A DNA stretch of 64,000 bases, taken from assembly GCF_048593235.1 (NCBI RefSeq), contig NC_133620.1:429751261-429815260 (forward strand), given 5' to 3'. Shown one piece after another: positions 21,195 to 31,683 of this stretch (position 1 is the first letter of the stretch; each line of letters begins with the position of its first letter). Made by a program: the position numbers and the translations under genes. This DNA is from Sminthopsis crassicaudata (lineage: Eukaryota). The notes under the pieces are model-generated. The model saw only the letters and a list, made by a program, of their open reading frames with translations. It had not been told where the DNA came from and ran no database searches.

Positions 21195-24100
21195 CTAGAG
21201 CAAGAACAGAGAGGCCGGGTCAGAGCCCCTCCCCGAAGCCCCCACCAAGCCTGTTTGGAACGGTGTTTCTTAGCCTTTAAAGCCTCGGCCTTCCCCTTCC
21301 CGATCCTTGTCTCCCTCCCCCCCTCCACTTAGAAACGCCTCGGGCTGAGCTATGGACACCTGGGAGCCACCTTCCCTGAGGACTCGTGCTGTGCTGGACA
21401 CGGGACAAACCCGGCCTCAAGTCAGTCAGAAAAGCGATAGTTTAGGACCCAGAAAGCCTAGTCCCGGCCCTCCCATTGCTTAAGCGTGTGCTTGACCCCC
21501 TGGGCCCCAGGCTCCTCTTCCATAAAATGAGGTGATTGAACTAGGATGAACTCTAAGCTTCTTCCCACCTTCTCACGGTCTCCTACCTCTCTAATTCCTC
21601 CCCTAGCCCCCAGTCAAAAAGCAGAGAAACACCGGTCCCACTGTCCAGGTGCGAGACTCGGGACCACGGGCCTGGAGTTCCTGAGCCCTAATGCTGCCGA
21701 GCCAGGGCCCATCTTAACCTAGGTTCCCTTTGCTGCTGGATGGCATTCTGCTTACCCTCGAAAAACAGGATTTGTTTTATTGTGCTCACAAGGGGAAAGG
21801 GACCCCGATCACAAAAGATGCCCTTGAAGTCATCCAAATCCAGGGTCCACACCATGGCTCCCCCATAGTTTTTCGTCTTTATGAACATTGTCTGTGAAAG
21901 TAAGTGACGGTTAGCTGCCTTACTGTTCTGAGCCCCGTCCAGTTTTGGTGCCGTGGGAGACAGACGGAGGACACAGCTTCTGACCTGTGGGAGCCCCAGA
22001 TTGTTTGGGAGACAATGCACCCTTAAGAACACTAAGAGAGCAGCCAGTGAGCCCCCTTCTCTCCCTGTAGAAAGATGGAAGGGTGAACATGACCCTGAAG
22101 ACAAGTACAGTGTTATGAAAATCTTTTTTCTTCCACTCCAAAGAAGCAAGGATAAATTCAAAATATTCTTTCCCTATTTTGATTTTCTGAGGATTACTTT
22201 ATAAAATATTCTAAATGCACACACACGCATATACACAGAGCTGTCTTTCTCCTATGTCCCTCACGGTTCCGTGCATTTTTCTTAAATACTAAAGTGAAAG
22301 CCAGCATGAAATAATAAAGATCTGGCCTTTAAGTGATTCAGGTTCCACTGTGAGGCACCCTGAATAAATCATATAACTCTCCAAGATGTCAAGACACCTC
22401 TCTGGATTGGTGGAGGAAGCTCTTCACTGCGGAAATTCTTTCACTGATGAATGGGTCCCGTCCAAAATAAAATACTAGACTATAGGCAGAAGACCTGATC
22501 AAGTTCCTGCTCCTAGGATCAATTAGTGATATGATTTGGACAAATTAGCCTCTCTGGAGACTTTCCTCTTTGGTAAGTTATTTTGGTATAAGATGACATG
22601 GTGGAAAATAACAAGTCCATTAGATGTGAAGCCCAGTTCTACCAATCACTATTTGTGTTACTTGGACAAGTCACCTACCTCATCCCGGCATCAACTTTCC
22701 TCTCTATTCAATGAGTGTTGAACTTGATGCCCTCTGAGGTCTGGTTCTACTCTCCATCTGTGATTCTGTGATCCTTTGATTACCAGGGTCCCTCCTAACT
22801 CTAGGAAACATGTTNNNNNNNNNNNNNNNNNNNNNNNNNNNNNNNNNNNNNNNNNNNNNNNNNNNNNNNNNNNNNNNNNNNNNNNNNNNNNNNNNNNNNN
22901 NNNNNNNNNNNNNNNNNNNNNNNNNNNNNNNNNNNNNNNNNNNNNNNNNNNNNNNNNNNNNNNNNNNNNNNNNNNNNNNNNNNNNNNNNNNNNNNNNNNN
23001 NNNNNNNNNNNNNNNNNNNNNNNNNNNNNNNNNNNNNNNNNNNNNNNNNNNNNNNNNNNNNNNNNNNNNNNNNNNNNNNNNNNNNNNNNNNNNNNNNNNN
23101 NNNNNNNNNNNNNNNNNNNNNNNNNNNNNNNNNNNNNNNNNNNNNNNNNNNNNNNNNNNNNNNNNNNNNNNNNNNNNNNNNNNNNNNNNNNNNNNNNNNN
23201 NNNNNNNNNNNNNNNNNNNNNNNNNNNNNNNNNNNNNNNNNNNNNNNNNNNNNNNNNNCTTGTGGAAATGAGAGCCAGCTTGTATGTTTCTTGTTTTCAT
23301 GGGTGACCATGGGTTTTAGGGTCCAACCTGCCCTTGGTAGGCCTCTATGTAATTACTTTGGTTGGTCCTCAGACAGCAGACTCACTCTGCTACCAGGATT
23401 ATATTTTAAGCCTTTCCAACTTCATAGAAACTACCAAAGTTTAGGTGTTGAGACTTGATCCAGGACTAAGCTAGGTGGCCCAGTACTGGATTTAGAGTGA
23501 GGGAAGAGCACAGTGCAAATCTTGATTCAGAAGTGTCCTAGCTGTGAGACTATAAACAAATCCCTTAATCCTTCTCAGTCTCAATTTTCTTATCTATAAA
23601 ATATGAACAATAAATAATAGCCCCTCCCACACAGGGTGATTATGGGTACTAAATGAGATGAGACATGTAAAGTACTTTGCAAACTTGAAAAGTTCATCTA
23701 AAAGTTTGCTATAATCATTGTTAGCAAGAGGGGGAAAGGATGTGCAAAAAAAAAAAAAAAATGTTTTAGGAAAGTTAAATCTGGTGGTCTTTTGCACCAT
23801 CCAGGTCAAGACTGCATTATGGCCTGCAGTGCTGAAGGTGCCCATGCCCTTGAGCATAAAGCTGACGGGCAGAAGCCAGCTGATCTTCACTCCCATCCTC
23901 CCCAAACCAGTCCCTGCCCCAGCCACCCTGGGCACCCAGGACTGCTTGAACACCCCACCAGGCACCTTCCGCTGAGACCCGGGTCCCAGTCCTCTGCCCT
24001 TGTGGCTACAAGCACCACAGTCCACTCCTCTTCATCCAGACATGGACTTTGATGTGTTTGAGCCAGGGAAGACAGAACTGGAGAAAGATAGGTGGAAATC

Positions 24101-24863
24101 CCACGTCTGAGTCACTGAAGTCCCAGCTTGCCAGCCCATGGCGCTCACCGAGTACACTGTCCCATTGTCCTGAAGAGCTGGTGTCGGTCGCGCAGCCAGC
24201 CCAGAGAGCTCGGATGGCCACAGTGCAAACACTGTCTTTGGAACTAGAGCCTTCTTTCTCAGGTCATTCTGACCCAGAAGTCAGTTTGTGTGGCCCTCTG
24301 AAAAGCCTCCCAGCTCCAGTAAGAGGTGCTCCCTTCTTCCTCACCGCCTTCCAGGAGTCCTCAGGGCTGCTGGGTGCCCTGCCTTCCGACCTCCTCCTCT
24401 TCCCTCACCCTTGTCAAACCTAATCTTCCACCCACCTAACTCTGGGAAGGTGTCCTATCCACCAAGTCCCACTGAGGGGAAATGATTGACTATGGGCTAA
24501 GCCACAGGTATTCATTGCCCAGGAGCAACATCTTATCCAAAGGAATAACATCGGAATTGAGAGGAGGGGAGCTTAGACATCAGTGTTACATGAGAAAGTG
24601 AGAGGAGGGACTTTCCAGCTACATGTCCAACAAAACCTCATGAGAAAAACAGCCGTCTACTTCCAAAAAACTCCAACTCTCCTTCCCTCACTCCCCGCCT
24701 CTTTCTCTCCCTCTCCTTCTCCCTTTCCCTCCCTCTTTTCCTCTGTCTCTCTCTCTCCCTTCCTACTTTCTCTGTCTCTCTCCTCTCTCTTTATCATTCT
24801 TTGTGTATGTCTGTGTCTCTCTGATCTCTCTCTGACTGTCTCTCTCCTTTCTCCCTGTCTGGC

Positions 24864-24915
<52 letters not shown>

Positions 24916-27900
24916 TAATCACCTTTAAAATTGAATTTTAGGAGGAAGTGGAACTATGGAAGCCATTGAGCCCATTTGTATATCACCAAATATTGAACCC
25001 CATAGAACCTTGAGAAGAGGGAAGAATCAGGTCCTTACTTTGTAAGCAAAGCTGCGCACACTATCATAGCCAACCCAATAATTCTTCTTATAGGCATAGG
25101 GGACTCTTTGTTGATCGATCCATTTCTTTGTGGCCTCCTCAAGGAAGGGGCAGATCTGAAGTGATAGGAACAGAGGGAGGGAAGATTTGGGGGGGACTCC
25201 TTACCCTCCCCAAAAGGCAAAGACTAACCAGATGTGTGTGGTGGGGGAAACTCACCAAGGATAAGAGCACTCGTACTGGGGTGGAGGGGAGGAGGAAGAG
25301 GAAGGACTCTAGGCTGAGATTAACCAAGCAGTGAGGGGATAGCGATAACCATAGTTCCCATTTATGTGGTACTTTAAGATTTACAAAGCCTTTCCTTTCT
25401 GAGTATCTCTAAACTCTATGAGATAAAAAAGGATGGATTTAGAGGCATCTATTTCTATTTTCTCCCCTCATCCCATTGATCAAAGGGCAGAATACCTCCT
25501 CCTCAGTCCTACCCCAGCGTAACACGCCGAGATCACCCGAAGTATTCCCAAGGAGTCAGACCTCCTTCAGGAACCCCCCAACTAAACAAAAATGCCCTGC
25601 CGAAGGGTCCTCCCAAAGGTAGCCCTGCCGTCTGTGGAAAGTCTACTCCAATCACCTCATAATAAGCCCATACGCCAGCATCCTTGGTGTAATTCCCAGC
25701 AGGTGCTGGCCCAAAGGCAGGAGCCCCTAGTTCCTTGTTGGAGATCAGGATGTCAAAGGTGCGTCCATAGGTAGGAAATCCCATGATGAGCTTCTCGGGA
25801 GGAGCTCCCTTCTTTTCCCACAGCTTCATGGCATATTCCTGCAAAAGGGGGTGTGGATTGCTACCCACTCCGTGTGAGTCGGGCCCCATTCCCCTCATCA
25901 TAGTAGCAGACGGCCCGGCCACCTTCTTACACAATTTAAATAGTCTATTTGATTGTTTCCCCAATTCATTCCGTAGAGGGGGCTGTTGTGCCCAGTGACA
26001 GAATTCCAGCTTCCGTGGAAATCGTAAGTCAGGACACTGATATAGTCCAGAAGTCTGGAAAGAAAAGCGATAGAAGAACGTGAAGATTTAGACAGGTGGG
26101 TCCCATTCAAGAAGGCAGAACTTTTTGTGCTAAAGCCGTTCCTTTGCTTTCTGCTTTTGTCCTTTTCTCCCAATCTCTGCTGAGGCATCTGTTCTTATCC
26201 CCTCCTTCCAGCAGCCTTAAAACCCTCCTTTCCCCGTGAAGTGCGCGCGGGCGGTGACTGCCTGGCCTCGTCACTGTCCGCCTGGAGACATAGTTCCCCC
26301 GCTGGGTAACCAGCCCAGGATCCGGCGCTTTATTCTTATTGGACATTCTGGGCCTGTCATCCGTTTGTGTCAGAACACGTGGCGCTGCCGCAAGTTAACC
26401 TGTGGCGGGTCCAGCCCGGGGTCATTTCGGGGAATTTCAAGGTGCCCCGGGAATGCCCCATTCCAGCCAAGGCCTCACCTGGCAATGGTGGGCATCTCGT
26501 AGGCAGCTCTGATGATGTTCCGGTTACCGGACACCGCGGCCGTGAGCAGCAGCCTCTCCCGCCCAGTGTTGAAGGCCTCGTCGCGGAAGGTGAGCAGGAG
26601 CTCCTGGGGGCGGAGGGAGGCGGGCGGAGGGGAGGTGAAGAAGGTGAGGGGGCAGGAAGGAAGACGGCGGTGGGTGGTGGAGCAAGGCCCAGGAGACAGG
26701 GAAAAGGCTGCAAGGTAAGGGAGGAGAGGCAGGGAAAAGGGGAGGGAGAGGCTGAGACAGGGGGGGAGACAAGCAGAGAAGTGGCAAAGACAGAGCAGCA
26801 CAGTGAGGAGGAAGTATCCGAGGGAAAGGCACCCGGAGGTGCGCGGGGAGGAAGGCGGGAGGAAGCGCCCGACTGCTGCGCCAGCCGCGCCCCCTCGCTC
26901 TAGCCCCCTGCGGACGCATTACTTTGTTACTGTTCTGCTCCCGCGCCCTTGGGGGGAAGGCCCGCTGGCTCCTGGCGCAGCCCCCCTCCCTCCCGGCCCC
27001 AGAGACGACTTTACTTGGATCAGGTAGGAGAACTGGACCCGGTCCTGGCTGGGACTGCCCCGGAACCCCGGGTACAGGAAGAAGAGGTCCAGGCCGTCGA
27101 AGCCGTGCGCGCGCAGGAGGGACAGGGCCGAGGAGATGAAGACCTTCCGGTTCTGGAACGTGGACATCATGGTGGTGAACCTGGGGGAGACGCGGGAGTC
27201 AGGCAGGCGCGGGCCCAGCCCGGGGGAGCGCCGCAGGAGGGCCGGGCCGGGCCGCGGACCGCCGTTCTGTTTCACTTCGGGAGACACCCCCCCCCAGCTC
27301 CTGCTGAGCCCGAAGATTCTTTTAAAGCCCTGCGCCAGGACAGGGAGCTTTAAACTCCAAACCCACAGGTCTAAAGGCAGTGCGGAGGCCCTGTCCCTGC
27401 AGAGGAGGAAACGGCAGGGAAGGGAGAACCGCCGCGTCCTGCAGGAGGGAGCTCGGAGACAAGCCCGCCGGGCCGGAGCAGCGCTAACTCCTCGCAGAGA
27501 GGGCTCTCCTCAAACCGCGGGGGGCGCCAGCGCTCGCTCCCCGTCACACCGAGGGACGCAGGGCCGGCCGGCCCACGTGGCGCAGCGGCCGCCCGGGCCT
27601 CTTCTCCGTATCCTGGCAACAAGCTCTTGTTTAGGCCCTACTATGTGCCAGGTCCTGCTCTGAGAACTGCCTACACATGAGATACACGGAGATGTCACAC
27701 GCAGCGCGCCACACCGAGGGGAGGAAAAGGCTTCTCACAGAGAGCGGGGCCAGGAGGAGCTTCCAGGCGTGGGGGGCGATGGGGGAAGAGCCAGTGAAAA
27801 AGGCCAGACCCTGGGCAAGAATCAGTCGGAGGCCAGAGCCGCTGGATCGAGAGAAAGCAGGAGGAGAGAGCCGGAAGTATCAGGCCACAGGTCACTGAAA

Positions 27901-28180
27901 GCCAGAAAGTCTGGGAAATTACAGGGACCATGGCTGTCCAGAACCGGCAGTGACATGGTCAGTTTCACTTCAGGAAGGCCCCTCCCCAAAGCTGCGCGAG
28001 GCTCGGGAGTCCGGAGAGCTGGCGCTGGGGCTTGGCGGCCATTGCCTCTTGTGGGGCCTGGATGGACTTCTGAGTCCATCAACAGCCCATGAACGCGTTT
28101 CCTGGAGGGAGAGCGGGTCCCCCAGGGCTGTGGCTCTGAGAGGCTCCGTCCCCTGACTCTACAGCTTCTACTACCACTGC

Positions 28181-28211
<31 letters not shown>

Positions 28212-30779
28212 TTTATGGAAAAAAAGGAAGGGGGGGAGTTTCTCTCCACAAAGCCCGTAGGGAAGCTCCGTGGGATAAATTAGGCCCTAGTGAAAGCTAC
28301 TTTTGCTCGGCAGCCTGAGTCCGGGTCTCCCAGGCCCTGGCTTCCAGCCCAGGCGTCCCGGCCGCCCCTTCCGCACAGCCCCCGCTCCTGCTCCGCACCA
28401 CGCTAGGGGTCTAGCCTGATGCCAGCCACCCTTTTCACCAATTCCAATCCTTCTCAACCCACAGAGTTGATGACTGGACTTTCCCACCTTCTTGTGCCAA
28501 AGTACCAGCCGCCGATGGACAGCAGAATGCGCAGGTCCTGGTTTCTGTCCGGGAAGAAGGATGGCGGGGATTACAGCCCGCTCTCGATCCTGCGCTCACG
28601 GGGCTCCGAGCTCAGCCAGGGAGTGGCGGTCCCATGTGAGCCCGGTTCTCCCCACCCTAAATCATTCCGCTCGCCTCTGGGCAGACTTAGAAAACTAGAA
28701 GACCCCAGGACAGCCGCTCTCCTGATAGGAAATTGGCCTTTCCCCTCTTAGCATCTGCACTGATAAGTGGGAAAGTTCTTCAAGGAAAAGCGGACTGGAG
28801 GGGCAGGCCCAAGGGAACCAAAGGAAGTACCAGGCAGAGCAGGAAGAAAAGCATGAGCTCATCTGCCTCGGCTCCAGTCTCCGTGCTAGCCGGCCCCCAA
28901 CTTTTCCAGCATCTCTCAGCAGTTGTCAGAACAGAGCAGGGAGGATCAAAGAATGTAGCCCAAAAAGGGGCCTGAGATGCTGCTTTTATTTCTCAAGTTC
29001 AAATAAAAATATTTTAAATAAATATAAATAAATGAAAAAGATAAACATATAAAGTGTAAATATATACATAAAGAAATAAAAAGGTACTTGAGAGCAGTCT
29101 TCTCATTTCACAGATGAGGAAACCACAGTCTGTGGAAGAGTGACGCCCCACAAAGGCACTGCCAGCAGGTGAAGGGTCAGCAGTAGAAGCCAGAGTTCCT
29201 TACTAACAGGCAGGTCCTTTCTCTACTGTCCCCCGGCTCCCTCACACAAAAAAGACATCTGACCTTTCTTTGAGCTTCATGAGCTGTGGGTAGATCTCCG
29301 CTTCGTCATCCTTCTCTTTGGGGACGATCCTGTTGTTCTTCATTGAGGCAAAGGCGTACACCACGTGGGTGCAGAGGTGGGGGGTCCACATCGCGGGGGA
29401 AGAAGGAGGCCGGTTTTGGGGCGTTGCCGGGACCAGCTGGTGAAGTAACACACCAGTTTGTAGGCGGTACCTATCATGGAAAGCAGGTGTTACTGGGGAA
29501 GGGGCGAAGGGATGGTCTCCCCAGCTTGGGCCAGAAAGGTCTCCGGGAGAAAGCCACACCAAACCCTCTGAGAAATGGAAGAGACTCTTCTGGTCCAAAA
29601 CGACACCAAAATCTCATTTTACCACTGAGGAAATTAAGTCTAGGAGAGATGAAAGGGCTTAGTCCACACAGCCAGGACCTGAATGACAATACCCGAATTT
29701 GATTGTAAATCTTTGGTATTTCTCACTGTGCCCTCTGCCTTCTGAAAGAAACCCAATTACCAATAATCAAATGTGTCCAGAATGAGATGCTGGAGTGGGA
29801 TTGGTGGTGTGTGTTTTCTCATCCCCAAAGGACCCCCCCAAGCTGGGAGACCCTCTCCATTAAAATGAGAGGAAATAAGCTTCCCCTCCCCAAGAAAAAC
29901 ATTAAAAGTTTAGAGAGCTTATCAGTTTGTGAAAACTCCTCAGCCCTAGGGGAAATTGGGGGTGAATTGGGGCATGGGATAATATGGGGGAGGGGAGAGG
30001 TTATGTGGTATCCTTACCCAGCTGGAGCTGGAGCAGGAGAATCAAACCTGCAGGAGAAACAGGAAAATATTACACACACACCCCCCACAGAGCGTTGCTG
30101 GCTAGGGAGGCAGTGATGAATTATAAATCCCAGCTTTGTTATTTCCCACCTACAGGGCCCTCACCTCTCTGGCTCTGGCTCCTTCATTTGGGCTAAAAAG
30201 CAATCATCACCATTATTGTAATAGCAACATGTCCATTGTTGTTGTTCGGCCATTTCCATCATCTCCGACTCTTTGTGACCCCACTTGGGGCTTTTCTTGG
30301 CAAAGACACTGGAGACATTTGCCATTTCCTGCTCCAGCTCATTTTACAAATGAGGAAACGGAGGCAAACAGGGTGAAGTGACTTGCCCAGGGTCACACAG
30401 CTAGCGAGTATCTGAGACCAGATTTGAGCTCAGCTTTCTGAGTTCAGACCCAGGGATTTATCCACTGTGTCACCTAATTGCACCCATAACATATCCATAG
30501 CACTTTCTAACATGTGTTTATACATACATACATATATATACACACACACACACACACATATAGGAGGTGTGTGTGCATGTACGTGTACATTTGAGGTCCC
30601 TTAAAGTCTAAAACTATAAACCTAAGCTATTATATCCGAATACATCCCTATATACAAACAGAAATGTAGACAAGAACATGCATACATACATAAATACATA
30701 TGCCCACATGGAATATAAATAGGCTGAATACACCCTAACTTAATTCAAAGAAATATACATAAAATAGTAGTAATCAGAT

Positions 30780-30821
<42 letters not shown>

Positions 30822-31520
30822 TAAGAAATATATCTAAAATAGTAGTAATCAGAGATAGTAATCAGAGATACAAATATATATATGTATATGTATATATATA
30901 CACATACTAAGAAATATATCTAAAATAGTAGTAATCAGAGATACAAATATATATATATACATGCTAAGAAATATATCTAAAATAGTAGCAATCAGAGATA
31001 CAAATATATATATACATACATACTAAGAAATATACCTAATATAGGTAATATACCTATTTTTCATATAACTAATATACTTAAAATCAGAAGAGCCCCTCAA
31101 TCTGCTGGGATTCTGAAAAAAAATGATAAAACAACTGGTATTTGTGTAGCATTTTAAGGTTTGCAAAAACACGCATGAAGAAACCAAATCTAGAGGAGAT
31201 GATGTGATTTTCCCAAAGGCTCATAAGCAGGAACCCCAAACACAAATATATATTCAACTTTCCCTTTTCCCCCATAGGAGCACACCCTCTTGCACAGATA
31301 TAGGATACTTTTCAGAAGACCCAGCAGCAATTCCATAGTCTATTCCTCCTAAAGATTCTAATCTTAATCCTTAATCCTAGGGATTAGGATGGTCTGTCCA
31401 TCTGAGATCATTTGGCAGGACAAACCAAGGGGCAGAGGAGACTGACAGCTTCTCTGCAGGAAAATGGGGTTCAGGGATACAGAGTGGGACCTTACCAGCC
31501 CAGAGCAACAGCCTTGCCAT
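20803..31520 (-). CDS. OVGP1: Oviduct-specific glycoprotein (oviductin), catalytically inactive GH18 chitinase-like protein with Ser/Thr/Pro/Ala tail; two 1-bp insertions in exon 3 as assembled
   Basis: Exons: 31496-31520, 30018-30047, 29264-29470, 28488-28544, 27015-27180, 26479-26603, 25931-26054, 25656-25838, 25039-25155, 21756-21891, 20803-21194. The OVGP1-type dead catalytic motif [12 protein letters not shown] replaces DxxDxDxE. Syntenic between PGB and WDR77. 519 aa if exon 3 is 205 nt instead of 207 nt. Confidence 0.88.
21756..21891 (-). CDS. OVGP1: OVGP1 exon 10
   Basis: [45 protein letters not shown], 136 nt. Confidence 0.95.
22815..23258. other. Assembly gap (444 N) in OVGP1 intron 9
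   Basis: Run of n. Confidence 0.99.
24860..24914. repeat. Compound (CT)n(CA)n microsatellite
   Basis: Read directly. Confidence 0.9.
25039..25155 (-). CDS. OVGP1: OVGP1 exon 9
   Basis: [39 protein letters not shown], 117 nt. Confidence 0.95.
25656..25838 (-). CDS. OVGP1: OVGP1 exon 8
   Basis: [28 protein letters not shown]...AGVWAYYE, 183 nt. Confidence 0.95.
25931..26054 (-). CDS. OVGP1: OVGP1 exon 7
   Basis: [41 protein letters not shown], 124 nt. Confidence 0.93.
26479..26603 (-). CDS. OVGP1: OVGP1 exon 6
   Basis: [41 protein letters not shown], 125 nt. Confidence 0.95.
27015..27180 (-). CDS. OVGP1: OVGP1 exon 5 (dead catalytic motif)
   Basis: [55 protein letters not shown], 166 nt. 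Confidence 0.95.
28177..28211. repeat. (CTG)7 TTG (CTG)3 trinucleotide repeat, OVGP1 intron 4
   Basis: Read directly. Confidence 0.9.
28488..28544 (-). CDS. OVGP1: OVGP1 exon 4
   Basis: [18 protein letters not shown], 57 nt. Confidence 0.93.
29264..29470 (-). CDS. OVGP1: OVGP1 exon 3 (frameshifted, 207 nt)
   Basis: [18 protein letters not shown] / [11 protein letters not shown] / [39 protein letters not shown] read in three successive frames. Confidence 0.9.
30018..30047 (-). CDS. OVGP1: OVGP1 exon 2
   Basis: (G)LILLLQLQL(G), 30 nt, CTGCAG acceptor, GTAAGG donor. Confidence 0.88.
30235..30482 (-). mobile_element. MAR1-type CORE-SINE (OVGP1 intron 1)
   Basis: CORE domain plus RTE-like tail (GACTCTTTGTGACCCC...GGCAAAGACACTGGAG...TTTGCCATTTCCT). 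Confidence 0.8.
30745..31040. repeat. Minisatellite, 5 copies of AAGAAATATATCTAAAATAGTAGTAATCAGAGATACAAA plus (TA)n (OVGP1 intron 1)
   Basis: Copies start near 30748, 30823, 30909, 30966 and 31025. Confidence 0.85.
31496..31520 (-). CDS. OVGP1: OVGP1 exon 1
   Basis: MARLLLWA(G), 25 nt, donor GTAAGG. Confidence 0.85.
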
Positions 31521-31560
31521 TTTTGCCAGCCCTCAAGCTGTGAAGGGCAAGTGGAGCTGA

Positions 31561-31568
31561 TTTTTATG
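31561..31568 (-). promoter_or_regulatory. OVGP1 TATA-like box (CATAAAAA)
   Basis: 41-48 nt upstream of the ATG; non-canonical. Confidence 0.45.
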
Positions 31569-31670
31569 AGCCACCGGATAGGAACCTTCAAAGGACAGTC
31601 CAGCCCCAAGCCCAGCAGACTTGTGCCAGTCACAGGTGCTGTCATCTGTTGCAGGGACACCTTGCCCCAG

Positions 31671-31683
31671 AGTCACAATGTCC
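31671..31683 (-). promoter_or_regulatory. Candidate imperfect estrogen response element GGACAttgTGACT
   Basis: 2 mismatches to GGTCAnnnTGACC, 151-163 nt upstream of the OVGP1 ATG. Confidence 0.45.

Noticed and set aside
22704-23310. Four 150-200 aa ORFs in the ORF track
   Set aside because: They are made of X residues from the N gap.
26919-27287. Calling the GH18 gene CHIA or another active chitinase
   Set aside because: The catalytic Glu is absent, there is no C-terminal chitin-binding domain, and the position between PGB and WDR77 is that of OVGP1.
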